NCBI GenBank assembly: GCA_963205195.1
Contig: CAUJHR010000008.1
Span: 2,329-66,328, forward strand
Origin: Pseudomonadota bacterium
GTDB lineage: Bacteria; Pseudomonadota; Alphaproteobacteria; Rickettsiales; SXRF01
DNA: 64,000 nucleotides
Reading direction: 5' to 3'
A program made the position numbers and the translations under genes. Of this stretch, positions 59,736 to 64,000 are shown piece after piece. Under the pieces are notes generated by a model, which searched no databases, was not told the DNA's origin, and saw only the letters and a list, made by a program, of their open reading frames with translations. Numbering within the stretch: the stretch's first letter is position 1; every line of letters begins with the position of its first letter.

Positions 59736-60611
59736 ATGATTATAATAGACGAGATGGCAGGCAATAAATTGATACAGGCATTAAATAGCCTGGCTGATTT
59801 TGAAGGAAGGCACTGCATAAGAATATATCCAATAAAAGAAAATATAGATCTATATAGCCGAATAATAATTTCAAAATCACAAGAATACCTCCCTGGAACT
59901 GATTTGTATTTCTTTGACGATGGAGAAACCTACTTACTTACAAGCATGTCCTCTGTAAAAGAATGCAAAAAGGCAATGCTGGAAATAGCTGCAGCATTAA
60001 AAATATACCCCGCCGAGCACCTTGGGGAACTTTATAATCTTTCATTGCAAACCGGCGCATTGCTGATGCTTCTTGAAAAGAAATTGAAATTCAACCGCAA
60101 AGAAGAAGTACTAGCAGCCAAAAACCAGGCCCAAGAACAGGCAGCACTTTTAGCAGCGCGTAAGCGCAATAAAATATTTGATCACAATATGCGTAAAGAT
60201 GCAGCACAAATCGCTACGCAACGTAAGATGCGTAGCGAACCAATACTTATGATTATCGAGGATGACCCCTTTTCCCTTCGCCTGGTGGAAAAGGTACTGC
60301 AAAAACAATATAGTTTAACTGGGCTTACTTCGGCAGAAAGCGCTCTTTCAACTTATATAGATATTGCCCCTGACCTGTTATTTCTTGATATAAACTTACC
60401 CGATGTGACAGGGCATGAGCTATTGGAAAAAATTATAGCGCTCGACCCTACGGCATATGTAGTAATTCTGTCGGGGAATGCAGATAGAAACAATGTAATG
60501 CAGGCAATGAAGCATGGGGCCGTGGGATTTGTTGCCAAACCGTTCAGCCGCGAAAAATTATTTCAATATATAGAACGCTGCCCAACCATCAGTAAGGAGA
60601 AGATTCAATGA
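59736..60611 (+). CDS. Response regulator with unassigned 160-aa N-terminal domain
   Basis: C-terminal REC (ILMIIEDDP ... LLFLDINLPDVTG ... VVILSG ... FVAKPF). The N-terminal half has no recognised family. Confidence 0.75.
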   Translation: MIIIDEMAGNKLIQALNSLADFEGRHCIRIYPIKENIDLYSRIIISKSQEYLPGTDLYFFDDGETYLLTSMSSVKECKKAMLEIAAALKIYPAEHLGELYNLSLQTGALLMLLEKKLKFNRKEEVLAAKNQAQEQAALLAARKRNKIFDHNMRKDAAQIATQRKMRSEPILMIIEDDPFSLRLVEKVLQKQYSLTGLTSAESALSTYIDIAPDLLFLDINLPDVTGHELLEKIIALDPTAYVVILSGNADRNNVMQAMKHGAVGFVAKPFSREKLFQYIERCPTISKEKIQ

Positions 60612-61075
60612 TCACGCACGCACAAACCTCCAACTTTGGTGAAATAGCCTCACTCAGGGAAGTTTTCCTGGAGGCTAAAAAATTGCGGCGTGCACGCTGC
60701 CCCGCTTATGTATTGCTGGTTGAAGATGACCCATTGACCAGACATGTGGTAGTAGGAACACTTGGAGAATCCAATGCTCTTATTACAGAAGAAAACGCGC
60801 AGAATGCTGTCACCAGCTATTTGTTACATGCACCTGATGTAGTATTTCTTGATATAGGACTGCCAGACTCTGACGGCTTTACCGTACTCGACCAAATCAT
60901 GGCAATCGACCCGGATGCCTTTGTTGTAATGTTCAGTGGTCATAAAGACCTGTGCACAATAGATAAAGCTCTAAAAAACGGTGCAAAAGGCTTTGTATCC
61001 AAACCTTTCAAAAGGGAAGCATTACACAATTACATAAAGGGCAGCAGCGTTCATCATCATAAATATTGCATATAG
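60608..61075 (+). CDS. Single-domain response regulator
   Basis: VLLVEDDP ... VVFLDIGLPDSDG ... VVMFSG ... FVSKPF. ATGA overlap with the previous gene. Confidence 0.75.
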   Translation: MITHAQTSNFGEIASLREVFLEAKKLRRARCPAYVLLVEDDPLTRHVVVGTLGESNALITEENAQNAVTSYLLHAPDVVFLDIGLPDSDGFTVLDQIMAIDPDAFVVMFSGHKDLCTIDKALKNGAKGFVSKPFKREALHNYIKGSSVHHHKYCI

Positions 61076-61084
61076 GGAAATTCC

Positions 61085-64000
61085 ATGCTTGAGAATATTT
61101 TTATCAACAGCACAATAACTACAAACATAATACAAGGTGAATACATACCTATTCTGGTATTTATTTCCTACGCGGTTGCATCATTAGGTGCATTTACTGG
61201 CCTCACTTTAGCCAGCCGCATGATAGGCGTTACGGCGTTACAAGAAAAACGCAAATTACATTGGGCTGGCGCCATCTCCCTGGGTAGCGGCATTTGGTCA
61301 ATGCATTTTATTGGCATGCTAGCTTATGATATGAAAATGAATCATACTTATGATCCTTGGCTGACTATTTTATCTGCCATTATATCTATTGCGGTTGCCT
61401 GGTCTGCGCTTAAAATTACTCAGGCATATACACTTACTTGGAAACGCATATCAGTCAGCGCTATTTTACTTGGTCTTGGAATCGCGACAATGCATTATAC
61501 TGGTATGGCGGCAATGCGTATTGATGCAGACATCCGTTATTTGCCAAATATATTCGCTTTGTCCATTGCCATTGCCATTATAGCTTCCGGAGCTGCCTTA
61601 TGGATTATTTTTACATTGGCGCAGCACATAACAAGCAGGCAGGTTGCCTGGCGGACTTTAGCAGCTCTCGTTATGGGTATCGCAATATGCGGTATGCATT
61701 ATACCGGCATGGAAGCTATGGTTATTTTACCATTCGCCGATTGCAGGATGGATTTTGCCCAGCATTTTCCTATATTAGGAATTTGTATAATTGCTGCCAC
61801 TTCTATTATCTGCATAATAAGCCTTATGCTTGGTGTAGCTAACAGGCTTGCAGTACTGGTTGCCTGCGCTGCAATATTCTCACTACCTATTGTTACAATT
61901 GTTTACCAGGCAATTTCAGGCCTTAACAGGGATATATTATTTGCACAGAAAGAATATCAAGGGGCGCGTTATCATGAAGAATTGCTTGATCTTTTGATCA
62001 ATCTGCAGACATTACGCGCGCTTACTAATATTGCCCAGAATGGCGGGATGATTGCAGAATATGAACTTGCTGAACAAAAGCAGCTTGTACGCGATTGGAT
62101 AGCCAAGGTTGATGAAATAGATAAATCTATGGGTACACAGCTGGGAGTTCATGATAGCTGGAAAGGGTTGCGCCCGCAATTCCAGGATCTGTTAGAAGAA
62201 CATTCTGTATATCAGCACAGCGCTGCCGAATTTGAATTCAACAAACATAGCACTATAATACGCTCACTTATGAGCTTTATGGAAGAAATCATTGATCATT
62301 CCAACCTTAATGCTGACCCGCAACTCGACAGTAACTTTCTGGCCGATATGTCACTTTACATTATTCCTGAAACTACGGAAACCATAGGTCAAATGCGCGG
62401 TCTGGCATCGGGTTACCTGGCATCCGGTAATTACTCACCATCCATTTGGACAAATGAAGAAGTGCGTAAGCTGCAATCACTTTATGACAAAATGGACGTA
62501 CTTGATAAATCAATGAATAATGATCTAGCCCGCGCAAGCAAGAGCAATCCTTCTGCTGGAAAATTCGTAGCATATTATCATAATATGATAAAACAGTCGC
62601 ACATGAATTTTCGTGAGAGTTATGCCAAAATGGTTTTCAACCGTGAGATACTTTGGTCTTACAGGCAGCTCCTTGATGAATCTAAAGATTTGATAAAAAA
62701 ATATGACAATCTTTATGATGAGATTGCCGCTTATTTTTATCAAACGCTAGAACATCGCCAGAATTCATATGCTCTAAAAATCAATCTGGTTTTAGGCGCA
62801 AGCGTTATTGCTTTCGTAGGATTTGGGGCCTTATTTATATTCCTTTTCAATTCCCTTACTAAAACTGAGCGCGCCGAACGCGAGTCACGCCATGCAAGAA
62901 AAACTGCCGAACAAGCGGCTGCCTCTAAGAGTGATTTCCTTGCTAATATGAGCCATGAATTACGCACCCCAATGAATGGCGTGCTGGGCATGGCCCATTT
63001 ACTTGCAGATACCGAACTAACTGAAGAACAGCGCCAGTATGTTTCAACTATTAATGGTTCAGGAGAAAATCTTCTGATGCTTCTTAATGACATACTTGAT
63101 TTCTCTAAAATAGAAGCTGGTGCCCTAACATTAGAAAATATTGCATATCCTGTAAAAGAGGCAATAACCGGCGCTATGAACCTGCTGCGTCCACAAGCAG
63201 ACAAAAAAGACATTGATTTTCAAGTTGAGTATGAAGCATGTGTGCCAGATTATATTTGGGGTGATTCTGGACGCATACGCCAAATTATTACCAACCTTGC
63301 AGGTAACGCGATTAAATTTACCGAAAGTGGTTATGTACGCTTAACTGCCCGCATGCAAGAACGGGCAAATGGCAACTATTTGCATATCAGTGTAGAAGAT
63401 ACCGGAATGGGTATACCTGCCGATCAGCTAGAAAAGATTTTCGATAAATTTACCCAGGCCGATGCCTCAGTTACACGCAAATTTGGCGGCACTGGCCTGG
63501 GCCTTGCAATCTCTAAACAATTGGTGGAATTAATGGGTGGATATATAGGTGTAGAAAGTGTATTGGGTAAAGGCTCTACTTTCTGGTTTGTAGTACCATG
63601 CGAAATAGCCCAGGCTACGGATATTATAGCAACCAAAGAAACTCTTTCGCAGATTCTTCCAAACCAGATCAATAAATTGCCTTTATCACAAGCCCATATA
63701 CTTCTTGTAGAAGATTATCCGGTTAACCAAGTATTCGCGCAGAAGCTGATTAAAAAATTTGGCGGCCAGAATATTGATATGGCAGAAGATGGTAGTGAGG
63801 CATTACTTAAATTTCATGAAAAACAATACGATATTATTTTTATGGATTGCCAGATGCCAAAGATAGATGGATACATAGCAACACAGGAAATCCGAATGTT
63901 AGAAGCGCTTTCCAATCATCATACACCCATTGTAGCAATGACAGCCAATGCCATGATGGGAGACCGTGAAAAATGCCTTAAAGCTGGTATGGATGATTAT
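61085..64000 (+). CDS. MHYT-domain hybrid sensor histidine kinase (partial, runs off window)
   Basis: Open frame with no stop from the ATG at 61085 (AGGGA upstream) to the window end, 972 codons. It is not in the track because it has no stop. Three MHYT-type repeats (WSMHFIGM, ATMHYTGM, CGMHYTGM), a helical region of about 330 aa, a TM helix, H-box SHELRTPMNGV, G-box GTGLGLAIS, and REC (IIFMDCQMPKIDG). Confidence 0.85.
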   Translation, partial: MLENIFINSTITTNIIQGEYIPILVFISYAVASLGAFTGLTLASRMIGVTALQEKRKLHWAGAISLGSGIWSMHFIGMLAYDMKMNHTYDPWLTILSAIISIAVAWSALKITQAYTLTWKRISVSAILLGLGIATMHYTGMAAMRIDADIRYLPNIFALSIAIAIIASGAALWIIFTLAQHITSRQVAWRTLAALVMGIAICGMHYTGMEAMVILPFADCRMDFAQHFPILGICIIAATSIICIISLMLGVANRLAVLVACAAIFSLPIVTIVYQAISGLNRDILFAQKEYQGARYHEELLDLLINLQTLRALTNIAQNGGMIAEYELAEQKQLVRDWIAKVDEIDKSMGTQLGVHDSWKGLRPQFQDLLEEHSVYQHSAAEFEFNKHSTIIRSLMSFMEEIIDHSNLNADPQLDSNFLADMSLYIIPETTETIGQMRGLASGYLASGNYSPSIWTNEEVRKLQSLYDKMDVLDKSMNNDLARASKSNPSAGKFVAYYHNMIKQSHMNFRESYAKMVFNREILWSYRQLLDESKDLIKKYDNLYDEIAAYFYQTLEHRQNSYALKINLVLGASVIAFVGFGALFIFLFNSLTKTERAERESRHARKTAEQAAASKSDFLANMSHELRTPMNGVLGMAHLLADTELTEEQRQYVSTINGSGENLLMLLNDILDFSKIEAGALTLENIAYPVKEAITGAMNLLRPQADKKDIDFQVEYEACVPDYIWGDSGRIRQIITNLAGNAIKFTESGYVRLTARMQERANGNYLHISVEDTGMGIPADQLEKIFDKFTQADASVTRKFGGTGLGLAISKQLVELMGGYIGVESVLGKGSTFWFVVPCEIAQATDIIATKETLSQILPNQINKLPLSQAHILLVEDYPVNQVFAQKLIKKFGGQNIDMAEDGSEALLKFHEKQYDIIFMDCQMPKIDGYIATQEIRMLEALSNHHTPIVAMTANAMMGDREKCLKAGMDDY

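Noticed and set aside
62740-63672. Track ORFs 62740-63213 (157 aa) and 63424-63672 (82 aa) on the minus strand.
   Set aside because: They lie antisense to the long open plus-strand frame 61085-64000, which carries unmistakable HisKA/HATPase/REC motifs. Their own products are low-complexity with no motifs.

Overview
AT-rich chromosomal segment (about 40 % GC by eye), almost certainly from an alphaproteobacterium. Evidence for that: the conserved run lpxC-bamD-recN-ligA-prmA, etfBA, a Usg-family gene and a 3TM (GTA/phage-type) holin. I support about 70 protein genes, two tRNAs (Lys-CUU, Thr-CGU) and several hairpins and palindromes. One long ORF is absent from the supplied track because it runs off the 3' end: 61085-64000, a MHYT hybrid histidine kinase. 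Housekeeping blocks are acs/bdhA, nadE-etfAB, the pepP-to-lpxC run and manC. Accessory material sits between them: (1) a GC-rich, probably foreign block at the left edge; (2) a MarR-(4-Cys)/redoxin/DUF2024/thioredoxin-like operon; (3) a GmrSD-like DUF262-DUF1524 enzyme translationally coupled to an unassigned 73-aa ORF; (4) an orphan VirB2-like pilin; (5) tandem paralogous polytopic membrane proteins coupled to nadE; (6) a stand-alone TadE/TadE/TadG-vWA/TadG-vWA module; (7) a roughly 62 % GC structured element abutting tRNA-Lys; (8) an orphan holin plus TraX where lpxC synteny breaks; (9) an islet of a dozen tiny stress-type genes, including micro-ORFs below the track cutoff; (10) a translationally coupled TonB-dependent receptor/YfiR-like/hybrid kinase/receiver operon; (11) an NtrC-like regulator lacking GAFTGA, divergent from a two-receiver plus MHYT-kinase operon. 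I saw no CRISPR array, rRNA, transposase, integrase or obvious prophage. All family assignments come from motif recognition by eye, not from searches. GC values are hand counts.
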